The notes under the pieces: model-generated
Seen by the model: the letters and a program-made list of their open reading frames with translations, nothing else
The model's database searches: none
What the model was told of the DNA's origin: nothing
Shown here: one piece after another, positions 1 to 14,551 of the stretch
How the letters are laid out: each line of letters starts with the position of its first letter
Numbering within the stretch: the first letter of the stretch is position 1
Position numbers and translations under genes: made by a program
Assembly (NCBI RefSeq): GCF_009914755.1
Contig: NC_060942.1
From: the human T2T-CHM13v2.0 reference genome, Homo sapiens
Length of the DNA: 64,000 bases
Reading direction: 5' to 3' (one strand)

Positions 1-382
1 GAGTCTGTGCCCTTGCTATTCCATCTGCCTACAACTGTCATCTCTGCCTTCAGGACGGACAGACTCCTTTGTCTAATTCTAATCTCAACTCCAATATCGC
101 CTCCCAGGTTGGCTTTTCTCAGCACCTCATTAACACAGAGCCCTACCCCCATCAGTCTTTCTCACACCAGCCTGTTTTATTTTATTTCTAGCATTTGTTG
201 TCATCTCGGAGTATTTGGTTTGTTTGTTTACTTGCTTAATCTGCCTTCTCCATGAGTTTAAGCTCTATGGGAGCAGAAGCTTTGTCTGATTTGTTCATTG
301 TTCCTACATTAAGTTGTTAGAGAAGCACCCAGCCCATAGTAGGTGCTCAATAATTATCTTTGCAACAAATGAACGAATGAAT
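1..382 (+). mobile_element. L2 LINE 3' end fragment
   Basis: Ends in a typical L2 3' terminus: catagtaggtgctcaataa...aatgaacgaatgaat. Confidence 0.75.
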
Positions 383-1721
383 CTGAGCATCACCCCTAAT
401 GCACCAAACTCAGTTTAATGTGAACAAACTCAGTCTCTGTTGTGTTAAGGGATTTACCTGGATTCTGGTTCAGAATTCTAGAAGGCAGTTTTATAAATAT
501 AAAACAATAGAATTTAGTTGAACGTGATGTCAGGAAGAGAGGTGAATTTTCATGAGATCACAGAAGGGAGAGAATAACCCACATGATTATAAAAGACTGC
601 AAAATAATTTGGTGTAATTGAAAAAGGCATGCTACTGAGCAGAATTTTAATAAATATTATGTCTGCTTATTTCTCTACTTAACAAAGAGAAAAGCCACCT
701 TGATGCTTGTTTGATGTTCAGCACTTAAAAAGTTCAACACTGAAAATCAGCGAGAGAAATGTATTCCTGCCTATTCATTTGGAAATGCTCCTGTGGAGAA
801 TTTCCTGTTCATGGTTTTACTGCTTAGAACACATTTTAGTTCTTTCCTGAAGCAGCTTTACTTTCTCTTTTCTTATTTTAAGGAAACATAATCAACTGTG
901 CTGCTTCTCAAATGCCTCAATTGAGTAGCCATGACCAGAAAGACCCATTCATCCTTACAGTTTCAGCTTTGCCCTGCTTCAGAGCAAGTTCCTTACTTAT
1001 TTCTGTTACTTGGACTCCTGGTCTTTTGGGGGGTTCCATTTATTCTCTTGCTTCCAGGATATCTAAGTCCTGTCTACCCTTGAAATTGAACGCACCCAAA
1101 TAGCTCGTTGTCTAACAGTCAGAATCAACACCCCTTCTCAAATTCCCAAATTAACTTCAGAAATTCCCCTTCTCACTTAGTCTCTGGGAAGTATGATCTG
1201 GGGTCCCTTCTCACTCCTTTTCCCTCAGGAGCGTGTTATGAACAGTGTCGAAGGCCTCCTGCTTTTTGTGGGGCTGGAAGGCTCCTAAGGCCCTCCTAAT
1301 TTTCCTTGGGCCTATTGCTATTCCTTTTATGTCACTCCATGCCCGCTAGCATCTGCCCTTCTCATTCACAGCCTGGGCCTGAGCCTCTGCACTTGGGCTG
1401 GTCGATGAGAATTATTGTTGTGCCTAAGCTGTTCTGTTTCTGTACCACTCTCCTTAGCCTGTCCACTCAAAGGAGCAGATCTACCATTAATGGGGATGCT
1501 GGCCCTAAGATTTCTTGGCAGGATCTGCCCTGCCTTGCATGCATGTGTCTGTGATACCTCGACCTGTGGTTTCAACCTCCCCAGTCCCTCATTTATGCAG
1601 GAACAGTCAAAGCCAGGTATACACTTCATGCTTATAACTTCTGAAATGCTTTACTTTTAAAACTATTAATACTTAAGAACAACAAGACTTGCAAAAATTC
1701 CTTTAAAATAGGCTACTTCTT

Positions 1722-2024
<303 letters not shown>

Positions 2025-2056
2025 TCATTCTCAATATCTAGGACAGGTTTAGATAG

Positions 2057-3270
<1,214 letters not shown>

Positions 3271-3394
3271 AGTATGTAGTTTGTCTTGATCTACACGATG
3301 TTAAATAACTGGTCAATTTTATCAGTAAATAAACAATTTCATTTTGGCTTGAATTATCTGTTTAACTAAATTGACCTGTTCATCTGGTAACACT

Positions 3395-5190
3395 AGGAAC
3401 TTCTGATATAGACATGGCAGCATAAATTAACATTTCCCCATTCCTTTTTTGGAACTGGTCTCCTATAACAATACAGAGAAAGAAAATTAGTTTAACTGTC
3501 TCTTTTTTATGTTGTTATTGTTGTTGTTGTAAAACTAGAAGACAGAGGCAGTATTTGGACTCCAAAATACATAAAAGAGCTGCCGAAAGTGACTCAGATA
3601 TAGCAGAAGCCAAGTGGAAGAAAGAGAAGAGAAACACGGAGAATACAGAGAAGGTCTCGAGATATCAGGTCTCAGAAAGTACCAGAAAGAAAACACTTCT
3701 TGATACCAAGGGGCTCCTTCTCAGTAGTATACATTTACATGTTTTCACTTGGGATCTTATTTGGTCCAGAAAAGCAGAGGAGGTGGGACCCTAGAAAGAA
3801 TGACACAGACGTGTCATACCGGCAGGAAGCCGCCATATCTATGGCAGTCGAGAAGAAAGGCCTTTGGGTTCTAAAACCTGCCAACTGGAGGATGGCCCTG
3901 ACTTCTCTCTCACCTACAGGAAACTCCTGGATAGAGTTGGTCCAGGAAATCTAACTCATTCAATAATGAGCAATCAAAATACATTAGAACAACATTGATA
4001 TAGAGACTATTAAAGATACAGGAGAAACAAGTAGCAGTAGAAAAAAAGATCCATCTAAAACCTGTTCCTATAGAATTCATAAAAATTTTGAGTAAACATT
4101 TTGCTCTGAATTAAAAAAAAGAGAAATAATTGCCTTTATGAATAAAAACCCCAAAGGAAGCATGTGAGAAATCAGAGAAGCTAGGGTAACACAACAGAAG
4201 GAGACGATGTGTGAGCTGGCAGGAAAGAAATAGAGAAACACCCTCGAAACTGTCACGGAAAAAAAGGGCAAAATTGTAAAGAGCATAAAGAATTGACAGC
4301 ACTGAAAATATAGTAAAGAACATAGAACATAGAAGGGAGGAACACTAACAAAATAAATGCAAACAAAATGAGAGTCTAAAAGGAGTAAAGAGAAAAAAAA
4401 AAGATAGCGGTGGAAGACAGAAGGGGGCAATCCAAAATTCACAGGGGCAGAGTCTCCAAAGACAAAAACCCAAACAATGAAACTTTGAAAATGAAAAACA
4501 TACTTAAAATGGCAGAACCAAGATTGCTATATTAATCAATATAAATGAGCTTAACTCTCCTACTTAAAAAAAAATCCAGCTTAATTTCAAAAGGAACACC
4601 TGATTGTGGACAAGAGATAATCCTGAAACAAAGTGACTGAAAAAAGGTTGGAAATAGACAAATAGGCACAAATACACCAGCAAATGACAGCAATAAGAAA
4701 GCAGAGGTTGAGATCTTAATATCAGCCTAGGCAGAATGCAGGGGAAAAAGCATTAATGGAATCAAAAAAGGAATTTGAAGATACTAATGTGTGCAGTAAT
4801 GTGTAATGAAGATACCACACTGATGAAATCTGCACACTGACTAGCGTAGTCTCAGTATTCATCAAGCAGAAATAACAGAAAATAAAGGAGAAAAGATGGA
4901 AACACATTAAAAATAGGAGACTTTAAAATTTTTTAATTGGACAAATTAAGAAGAACAGCCAACTAAAGTTAGCACTGAAACTTAAAAAACAAAAATCTTC
5001 CATTAGAAATTTAAAAATTTGCTCCTTAACAATTCTTGAGTCAACAAGGAAATGAAAACCCAAGTTAGAAAACAGTGATAATTAAGGAATTACCTATCAG
5101 CATCTAAGGGACACAGCAAAGCAGTGTTCAGAAAAAGACATAAATACGTTAATCAATCAAAAAGAAAGAGTGAACATAAATGAATTCAGG
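3395..5190 (+). mobile_element. Old, highly decayed L1 (L1M-type): 5' region, ORF1 and endonuclease remnants
   Basis: Very A-rich strand; aatataaatgagcttaactctcctacttaaaa resembles NVNGLNSPIKR and aaagcagaggttgagatcttaatatcag resembles KAGVAILISD of the ORF2 endonuclease. Confidence 0.7.
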
Positions 5191-5547
5191 AGTGGTATCT
5201 GTAAGCTCCATCAACACGTACTCTCAGCCTCCTGTCCAGGTAGAATGATGTCAAATTCAGCCTAAGTATTTAAGTGAAAGCCAATTTTACTCTCCCACAG
5301 ACACTAAGTACATAGGTACATGTTTCTCATTTTGAAATATCGGATAGCCTCTCTTTTGCCACTTTTTGGAGAAATGGGCTTATCAGGCTTGCAGAAAGAA
5401 TTCACTAAACAGTTCTCTCCTCCTCTCTCCCCCAGATGAACATGAAATGAAGAGGTAAAGGGATGTATGGGTACGAAAAATGATGGTATACTCAAAACAG
5501 GACAATTGTGGAAGGAGTATTTCTGTTCACACAGGTGTGGGTGAGGG

Positions 5548-5870
5548 CAGTGATTGTCAACCTTGGCTGACTTTAGAATTATCTAGAGAGCTTTTAGAAA
5601 CTATCAATGACCCCAGTCTTTCCTTTTGTAGCATTTTATAGCAATTTGTGATTATTTGATCAATGTCTGTTTTTCTGAAGACTGTATGTTTTGTGGGAAC
5701 AAGAACCGCATCCATTTGGACCAACCCTTCCTGCCCTACCCTGGGTCTAGTTCAGTGCCTGCTCAGTCACTTGGGAATTTTTAATTGCATTGGTCTTAGG
5801 CAAAGGCCTGTAATTGGGATTTTAAAGAACTCCCCTGCGGTTCTACTAAGCAGTAGGGTTGGGACTACTG
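5548..5870. mobile_element. MER5B-like hAT-Charlie MITE split by an L2 fragment (~5620-5770)
   Basis: TIR-like ends cagtgattgtcaacc / ggttgggactactg; MER5 internal motifs on each side of an L2-like stretch. Confidence 0.6.
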
Positions 5871-6214
5871 GTGTCAGGGATCCTATAGTAACGTGGAGAT
5901 GAGTACAGTCACCTGGGGCGAGGAGTAGCCTGGCCGTGACTACTCCCCCAAAGGGATCAGCAGAGGGAATGGTTATGGGAACCTGAAGTATAGACCAGGC
6001 CACCTTGAGGGGAGCAGTAACATTTGATCAAGGAACCAAACCAAGAAACAGACGTACAGGGAGAGAGCCCAACCTCGTTCTCCTCTCTCCTAGGATTCTG
6101 TTCCTCATTAGCTGAAGCCAGCTGGAAGCCTGAGGGGACAGAAGCATCAATGCTGTTGGCACCATCAGTTTTGGTGGAGTTACATGTGGCATTCACTTCA
6201 CATTGGCCAAGTAG

Positions 6215-6370
6215 CAAATCCTGGCTCTACCGTTTACTGGCCATGTAACCTTAGACAAATCATTTGGACAATTTCCTCATCTGCAAAATGGGGGTAATAA
6301 TTCCTTCAGAGGGTTGCTGTGAGGCTATGATGAGATAAGATATGCAGGAGGAAAGATGTCTGGTTTAAGA
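6215..6370 (+). mobile_element. MIR SINE
   Basis: Core tttcctcatctgcaaaatggggg. Confidence 0.8.
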
Positions 6371-6516
6371 TCTTAGCTAAAAATGAATCACCCTGTATTT
6401 TGGCAAAAAAAAAAAAAAAAGGGTAACTTTCAGGGTGAATGTTACCTGAATAAATTCTCCTTTCCCTCACTAGAATTAATTCACTTTTGGGCAATGGTTC
6501 TCAGACTGTTTGGAAA

Positions 6517-6762
6517 GGCAGCAGGCTTAGCAGTTAAGGGCTCCAGGCCCAAAGTCGGAGTTAGAATTTGAGCTCCGCCACTGACTAGCGATGTAACCTT
6601 GGGGATTTAACTTAACCTCAGTCTCAGCATCTGTAAAATGGGGATGGAAATAGAATCTTCCTCATAAGGGATTTGAGGATTAATTAACATCATGCATGTA
6701 CAGGGCTTACCATACTACCCGGCATTTCATAAGCACACAATAAATTTTAACTACTCTTATTA
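6517..6762 (+). mobile_element. MIR SINE, near full length
   Basis: tRNA-like head, catctgtaaaatggggat core, aataaattttaactact tail. Confidence 0.85.
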
Positions 6763-7363
6763 AGTTTTGGAGAACAACGGAGCCTGATGAGCTACATTTT
6801 GTGCTTCAAAATTAATAAATACAGTCAGATTCATAAATAGAACATTCTCAATTTTGTTTTTCCCTTCAGTATATTTAAAATCTTTAGTGATAACTAGTTT
6901 GTTGTCAAATGTGTGGGGAAAGAGAGGATGCTGCTTATTCCAGTGGTTTTAGCTTCCCACAGACTGAACTTGAAGAGTATTTTCTGGGTGAGCCATATGG
7001 AGAGTTTTAACTTTATTGAGAGACTCATAGTGCCGAGAATTTCCTGAGTGCTTCTTGTGTGTATCTCACAACTACCCTATGAGGCTGAGGTTCCAAATCC
7101 ATATTTAAAATCTCTAAGGTTGTCCATATATTATCCATCTTTTAATAAATTATTCAAAATAAATAAGTAATAAGTTAATATGATAGAATAAAATCTCAGT
7201 ATTTTGTTGTGTTCTATAATCTCCCCCATCTTTCATTTGGTCACTTGAATGAACACACTGAGAGTTATTATTTGATTATTTCCCATGCCGTACTGTTAAA
7301 TCGCCCATTATGGCAATAGGGCCTGGAGTTTTGCTATTATATATTTTTACTTAGCAAAGGGCT

Positions 7364-7415
7364 ACACACACACACACACACGTACGCATGCACACAGGCA
7401 TGCACAGGTATACAC
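7364..7415. repeat. (CA)n / purine-pyrimidine microsatellite
   Basis: acacacacacacacacacgtacgcatgcacac. Confidence 0.85.
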
Positions 7416-8569
7416 TTCCTAAAGTTAATATTAAATGACCGGAAAGTTTTCAGAGTACATGAATAAGTGTACTGTTCTTCCTACCAGTCCTATCTTGCTT
7501 CTAGCACAGTGAAATTTGGCCTGCTATCTGCTTAGCACAAGGCTCAGCAAATCCTTGTTGAACAAAAGGAAATTATGTTGAATTCTCCAACATCCTTGCA
7601 ATTGCCCAACAGTTAAATCTATCCCGGTTTCTCTTCTTTCTTTCTTTCTTTAGGGATCTCCTAACCAGTTTAGCATTGCTGACCTATGTTTCCCTGTTCT
7701 GACCACTTCCTCTCTCAGCTCATTGATAAAGATTTTTCCATAGGAGGCCAACCCGGGTATGCCTAACTATTATGACCGAGGAAAGGGTCTAGTCTCCTTT
7801 GTTTATGAGCTGTCTGAGCCTACCAGGGAGGTCATGACTTTAAAAATATTTTCCCTACTCTGAATGGTGGGTGGAATCAATCTAGGCTTTTGGCACAGAG
7901 GCCTAGAGGAGTCTTTGAAGCCGACTTTGCCTGCGGTAAGGAAGCCTGTCTCTTGCTTTCCTATTCCCAGTCTGTTGAGCGTCTTCTGATGGGGCCACTG
8001 TTGTGTGGGGAGGGGAAGAAGCCTCCCTGATTCGAGGAGAAACTGGAGTGTTCGCACCACCCTGATGAGGGATACAAATATATTTGCCCCTGGTGAGCTG
8101 TTTGTAATTAATGCGTGCTTTGTGGTTTTAATCTTTCTTTAATCTGTAAAGCTATAAAAATTTACAGCTCAATTTTAGAATCAAGAAAAAAGCTAAATTG
8201 CACAGCTCAGTCCTTAAAGTTAACCATTTCACAAGATCACAATTGCAAGGAGAGTGTCCGCAGAGGCTCTTCCCGTGCTGTTCCATTATCTTTTCTCAGT
8301 GGTCTTGTTTTGTCCCTTATCCAGAAGTCACTGGAAACAGGAGAACCATCTCTCTACCTGTTTCTGTCTCACAAACACACACAGTGCCCCAAAGAAAATA
8401 AACAATACAGTACATGGTCTATAAAGCAAAGGGAAGAAAAGAACATCTTAGGTAAATACCAGACTACTTATTTTATGATTTTTAAATGTCATTTTTGCTC
8501 CAATATTGACTTTTTTTACGGAGGATGAATTATAGATCCTGCAGCACTGGGAGAGACCAGGGTTTCCTT

Positions 8570-8925
8570 TCTTCGACACAGCTGGTCAAGTTAAGAATTG
8601 AAGTCGTGGTAATTAGTTACGAGTTTCTTAGTATGGAAGTCCAGACTGCTGAGAGAACCCTGCGAGGTGACCCCTCCGGGGAAGACAATACACCCGGGAA
8701 AGGACCGGAATGGGCAACGAAGAAGCACAAAACAACATCCCAATCTTGTTGCTACAAACAGATGTTGCCGCGGGCGCTCGCTTGCAAGAACGAAATACAA
8801 TACAATCCCTCATTTGTCTGACCAGGTTTCTCTCTCCAAGAATTGGTTTCGAGGCAAATTATTTCAGGGTTGCACAGGCTGGTAAAAGGCAGTGGAATTG
8901 GAAGCTATCGTCCTTGGCGACCTCA
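8570..8925. promoter_or_regulatory. CpG-enriched non-repeat patch, candidate promoter/enhancer
   Basis: About 16 CpGs in ~350 bp against a depleted background; several RFX-like half sites. Confidence 0.4.
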
Positions 8926-9565
8926 AGTCTCAGAAATGATGCTGTGAAAGTGAAAGGGGTTGATCAGGGGTCAGGGGGAGACTTGGAGCCAGAAACCAGG
9001 TCACAAGGAAGGAGGGGGCGGCCAGACTTCCAAGAAGAGGTTTTGAGAAACTAGCTAGAGGGAGCGGGTGTGAATTAAGATTCCTGGAAGGAGGTCATGG
9101 GAGGCTAAGGGGGAAAGAAAGAGAAAACTAAGTTAGTATCAACCCTGCCCTTCCCGAGATTTTGATTGTTCTCTCAGTGCCTATACAGACAGAGAAATGC
9201 AGGCTTAAAGAAATGGAGATTGCATTAGGGAAATTCAATTTGCCAAGACAAAAAGAAGTTCATTCAGATGAAAAGGGGTTAGGATTTGGTGAGGGGAAAG
9301 CCCTTTTGTTTTGTTTAGAAGAGTTTGTTTTTTTGTTTTTGTTTTTGTTTTTTAATAAAGTGTATATTAACTTGCCCTATTTTCCAACTTGCTTGTGAAG
9401 CCAAGTGAGTCAACTGTATTCTTATATGTTTTGCCAAAAAACATTATTATTCTATTAGAAGTTAAAGGCAAACACTACTACAAACCTGTAATTACTTAAA
9501 TCTTGAATTTATTGCTCTCCATCTATTTTCCTTAATCTAACTGCTTCTATAACAATAAGCCATTA

Positions 9566-9878
9566 TTGTTGTTGTTGTTGTTTTAGAGATAGTGTCTCGC
9601 TCTGTCACCCAGGCTGGAGTGCAGTGGCACTAACATACCTCACTGTAACCTTGAACTCTGGGGCTCAAGGGATCCTCTGGCCTCAGCCTCCCACGTAGCT
9701 GGGACTACAGGCATGTGCCACCACACCTGGAGAAAAGTTTTTAATTTTTTTAAATTAATTTTTTAGCTTTTTGTAGGAAGGAGGTCTTGCTATGTTGCCC
9801 AGGCTGGTCTTGAATTACTGGCCTCAAGCGATCCTCCCACCTCGACCTCCCAGAACACTGGGATTAAAAGCATGAGCA
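9566..9878 (-). mobile_element. AluJ
   Basis: Antisense Alu with J diagnostics (ggctcaagggatcc, ttgcccaggctggtcttg), (TTG)n tail, flanking aagccatt repeat. Confidence 0.93.
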
Positions 9879-9963
9879 TAAGAAGCCATTTTGAGGGCAA
9901 GCAATACTACTGAGAATAGATATTTGTTGAAAACCAATTGTATGCCTAGCACTGCATTTGTAA

Positions 9964-9993
9964 CAATAATACTAACCAGTGCCTATATAGCAC

Positions 9994-10040
<47 letters not shown>

Positions 10041-10285
10041 CATCTATCTACCTATCATCATATATCTATGCTAGGTGCCAGGCTTATTTTATGAGGTCTA
10101 CATGTAATATTAACCCCATGACAACCCTATAATATAGGTACTATTTTTACCTGCTCTTTACAGATGAGAAAACCATGGCTCAGTGAAGTTAATGACTTGC
10201 CCCAAAATTATGTAGCTAGCGAGTGACAGAACCAGTGTTTCGGTCAGACTGCTGGGTTTCAGAGTCTGGGCTGCCAACCATGACA
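9964..10285 (-). mobile_element. MIR carrying an internal (TCTA)n STR
   Basis: ttacagatgagaaaaccatggctcag core; the MIR 3' end is split by the STR. Confidence 0.8.
9994..10055. repeat. (ATCT)n / GATA tetranucleotide STR
   Basis: About 11-12 perfect ATCT units (9994-10040) plus a degenerate tail. Confidence 0.97.
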
Positions 10286-10319
10286 CTCATTTCTTTTCAT
10301 GGTAATTTCATGCCTTTCA

Positions 10320-10445
10320 AAGTAGGTAGTGTTATCATCATTCCCAGATAAAGAGATTGAGATTCAGAGATTAAATAATTTAACCAAGATTGCCTAGTAA
10401 GTGGGAAAGCCAGAATTCAAATCCAAGCCTATTGGAATCCCATCT
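10320..10445 (-). mobile_element. MIR fragment
   Basis: cagataaagagattgagattcagagattaaataatttaaccaag. Confidence 0.65.
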
Positions 10446-10477
10446 TGGAGGGAGAGCAGTAGCTGAAATGCTTTAGA

Positions 10478-10645
10478 CCTGTGCGTTTTAAACTTTAACG
10501 TACACACAGATTGCCTGGGGATCTTGTTAAATGCAGGTTATGATTCCATAGGTCTAGAGTGGGGCCTAATATTCTGCATTTCCAACAAGCTACCAGTTGA
10601 TATTGATGTTGCTGTACCATAGGACAACACTTTGCAAAGTAAGGC
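10478..10645. mobile_element. MER5A/MER5A1 DNA transposon
   Basis: cctggggatcttgttaaatgcag...ctgcatttccaacaagct hallmark. Confidence 0.85.
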
Positions 10646-12256
10646 TTTAAGAACTAGGAGCCATAAAACAGAAGGTGTTTCTAAGCTGTTCCCCCATCCT
10701 TGCTCTGGTGAACATGGAGGTGGCAAATTTAGCTTGGGATTCTGCAGTTTAAAATAAACTCACTATTTTCTTTCCTTAATCATCATATACTGCCATTGAG
10801 ATTCAGGGAGTTTCTTTCATAAGTGTAACCACTTACACTCTTTTTGATTTTAAAAAAAACCATGTCATTATTAGATTCATCCTAAATGTCACCACTTTCT
10901 TCATAAAATATCTCTTTAAATTTCTTTTACATACATGCATTCCCCTTCGATTTGCATTTATGTCCTTTTGTTCTGATCTACCTAATAAACTCAAACTGAT
11001 CATCAACCAAAAATTTATGACATGTTGAATTTAATACTTCATTCAGATTGTTTCCTAATCACCTACTTTTAGAACTAAATCTGGAATCCAATTTTGTCCA
11101 TTTCTCTTCAATCAGAAGATCCTTCATTTGGTTAGTTATCTTGAATTTCCTGTGGAATTTGTACCCTCCAACTTATGTCTGTCTTTCTTTTCTCTATAAA
11201 CACCATAACTAGATTCTGAACCTCAAATCTATATGTCAACTGTGGCCTACCCAACCCCCTAGAAGGCAATAGAACAATATCTTGGAATTTATGATTTATG
11301 CCAAGCCCCCTTGTCAGCCTCACTTCTACTGCCAACTGAGCTGAAAATTGAAATTCTGGTTCAGTCTGTAGAGTCAGACTCTGTTCTTCTGTTGTGTTAA
11401 CTAATTCATTGCTAACCTTAGCTGCAGTGTTGTGCTTACTCAAGAGCATCTCATACTAAAGACTTTAAATGTCATTTACAATCTCTTTATTCCTTTCCCT
11501 CATTGATCAAACTTATCCAGAGCAACAATTATTTCCTTCTGGGTGCTAATTTTTTCCTCCATTTCATGGCACTTTCAAACAAAGCTTGCAGGCACACTGC
11601 AATCCTTCATTAACTGAAAACATGCAAAGTGCACAAGCCCTTCCAATGGAAAGTGCAATGCAAAAGCCAAATGAGGTAAATTGCATTACTTGACCGGCCC
11701 TGGGACAGTTTAAAGAGTGTTACATATTAATACGCTGCCAAGTCTCAAGATGATGGGAAGATTCTCATCAGAACCCAAGGCAGTTATTGAAGAGGAGACC
11801 ACCCCTGCTGCACACAAATGCAGTCTTGCTGATAATCACTGATGGACTTATGATGAAAAATAATAAAAAATATTGTTCAATGGGGGAAAAATGATAGAAG
11901 AGGTCAACCAGGGTCACCATGGCTAGGCATCCCCTCAACTAATTTCTAATTAATACATTCATGATCTTTATTTATAGCCACTCATTTCATTTTATCATCA
12001 TGCCTAGTATATGTGTAACTGTTTGTATTTGAAATTATTACCCTTGCTATATTGTGTACCTTACTATATTCTGTCACCTAGAAATTCTGTCTCACCATAA
12101 TTTATTTCTCTGGCCGTAATATGTTTGAATTACAGTTATCCTAGGGAGTTTCTTTTGGTTATGCCTACAGAGGTGGAGCAGCAGTACGGGAAGACAATTG
12201 CAGACAAAAGTCACAGCTTTTAAAAATCCATCCACGGTATTAAGAAAGGAGTTCCT

Positions 12257-12623
<367 letters not shown>

Positions 12624-12634
12624 TCAGTTCCTGA

Positions 12635-12991
<357 letters not shown>

Positions 12992-13297
12992 ATCCTTGGA
13001 ACAGTTTTGCCCCTTATTGGGAACTCCCAAAACTAATTGCTCAGCTCACTGCCCAAGCGGCTGACTTTTCTGGATTGCAGAGCACACATGATCGTGTAGC
13101 CCTCACAATTGAATGTTCATGTCCCTGGACTTTGGCTCTGTCCAGGCTCCGTGATCACACTGGGTGCAACAATTTGGTTATTTTAAAAATGGAAAGTACC
13201 CCCAAAACTTTAAGGTTAGGTTGACTTCTACAATATCAATTCATCTTCATTTAGGAAATGTCTGCTAAGTTGTCTTACCATGTTAAGACTAATCTTG

Positions 13298-13590
<293 letters not shown>

Positions 13591-14381
13591 AGACTAATCT
13601 TGTTTGGGTGCATCTTGCCTGCTGGAGTTGTCTGAGTGACCACCAGCATTGCCCTCAGCCCTCTGAATGACTGATTCACATCACCGTTCTGCTCTTCTGC
13701 ATATGCAAACCTCAGGAAGGAGTCCCAACGTGGGGAACTAAAGACGCATTAAATGCCTTCATGGGGTCAGGGAAGAGTGGCCAAGGTTAATGTGCTCAGG
13801 TCCCTGCTCTCTTTTCACGCCTCTTCTCTATTGTGCTGCAAGCATCATGTCTGCAGGAATGTGTTGTGACCAGAATACACAATACAGATCCCACAGCATG
13901 TGACTGACAGCGTTATTTAGTCAGTGGTCCAAAAAGAACCCTAGCCAACATCTCTAGAGCCCAGGAAAGCCATGAGATCCTGGAGGCAATTATTACAATC
14001 AGTGTGTTCCTCCCTCCTGTAGATGACAGTAAAAATGGTATTTAGAAAACACCTTGGCTATTGCTTCTGAATTGAGAAAGCCCCTCTACAGATATCTCAA
14101 AGGGGCTGTGAACTCTGCCCCAAATATCCCTCTGCCCCTCTCACCAGAACCTGTTAAGTTCTCCATGTCTCCAAGTTCAGCAGTGACAGGAGAGTGGTGC
14201 ATCCCTATTGTCACCTTTTGACTGATTCTTTTGTCTACAGAAGGCCTTCTATGAACTGGGATAGTTTGCAAGATGCTGTTTTCTTCACCAAGATGGGTGA
14301 TGATGGTTAAACTCACACATGGACATCCAGGCAATGTTCCTCACTGGGGAGACATATAGGCAAACACATTAATGTATATAT

Positions 14382-14551
14382 TTAATTGGGTTATAATCTA
14401 TTGACCATAGATACTAAGGCACTGAGCAATCAATTAACAAAACAACTTTGACTAAATATAGTTAGCACTAAACATAGTTGGTTAATTGGTATTTAATATG
14501 CTTATTAAATGTCAATTAAGTATCTTTAGCAATGAATTGGTACCTAATTAA
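14382..14551. repeat. Compound imperfect inverted repeat (possible ancient MITE)
   Basis: Outer arms 14382-14417 / 14516-14551, inner arms 14431-14443 / 14477-14488, small hairpin 14491-14510. Confidence 0.6.

Noticed and set aside
3300-3394. Partial palindrome ending catctggtaacact, resembling a hAT terminal repeat
   Set aside because: Too decayed to assign a family by eye
6388-6446. Short inverted repeats (tcaccctg/cagggtga, ggtaac/gttacc) around an A16 run
   Set aside because: Arms of 6-8 bp are within chance expectation
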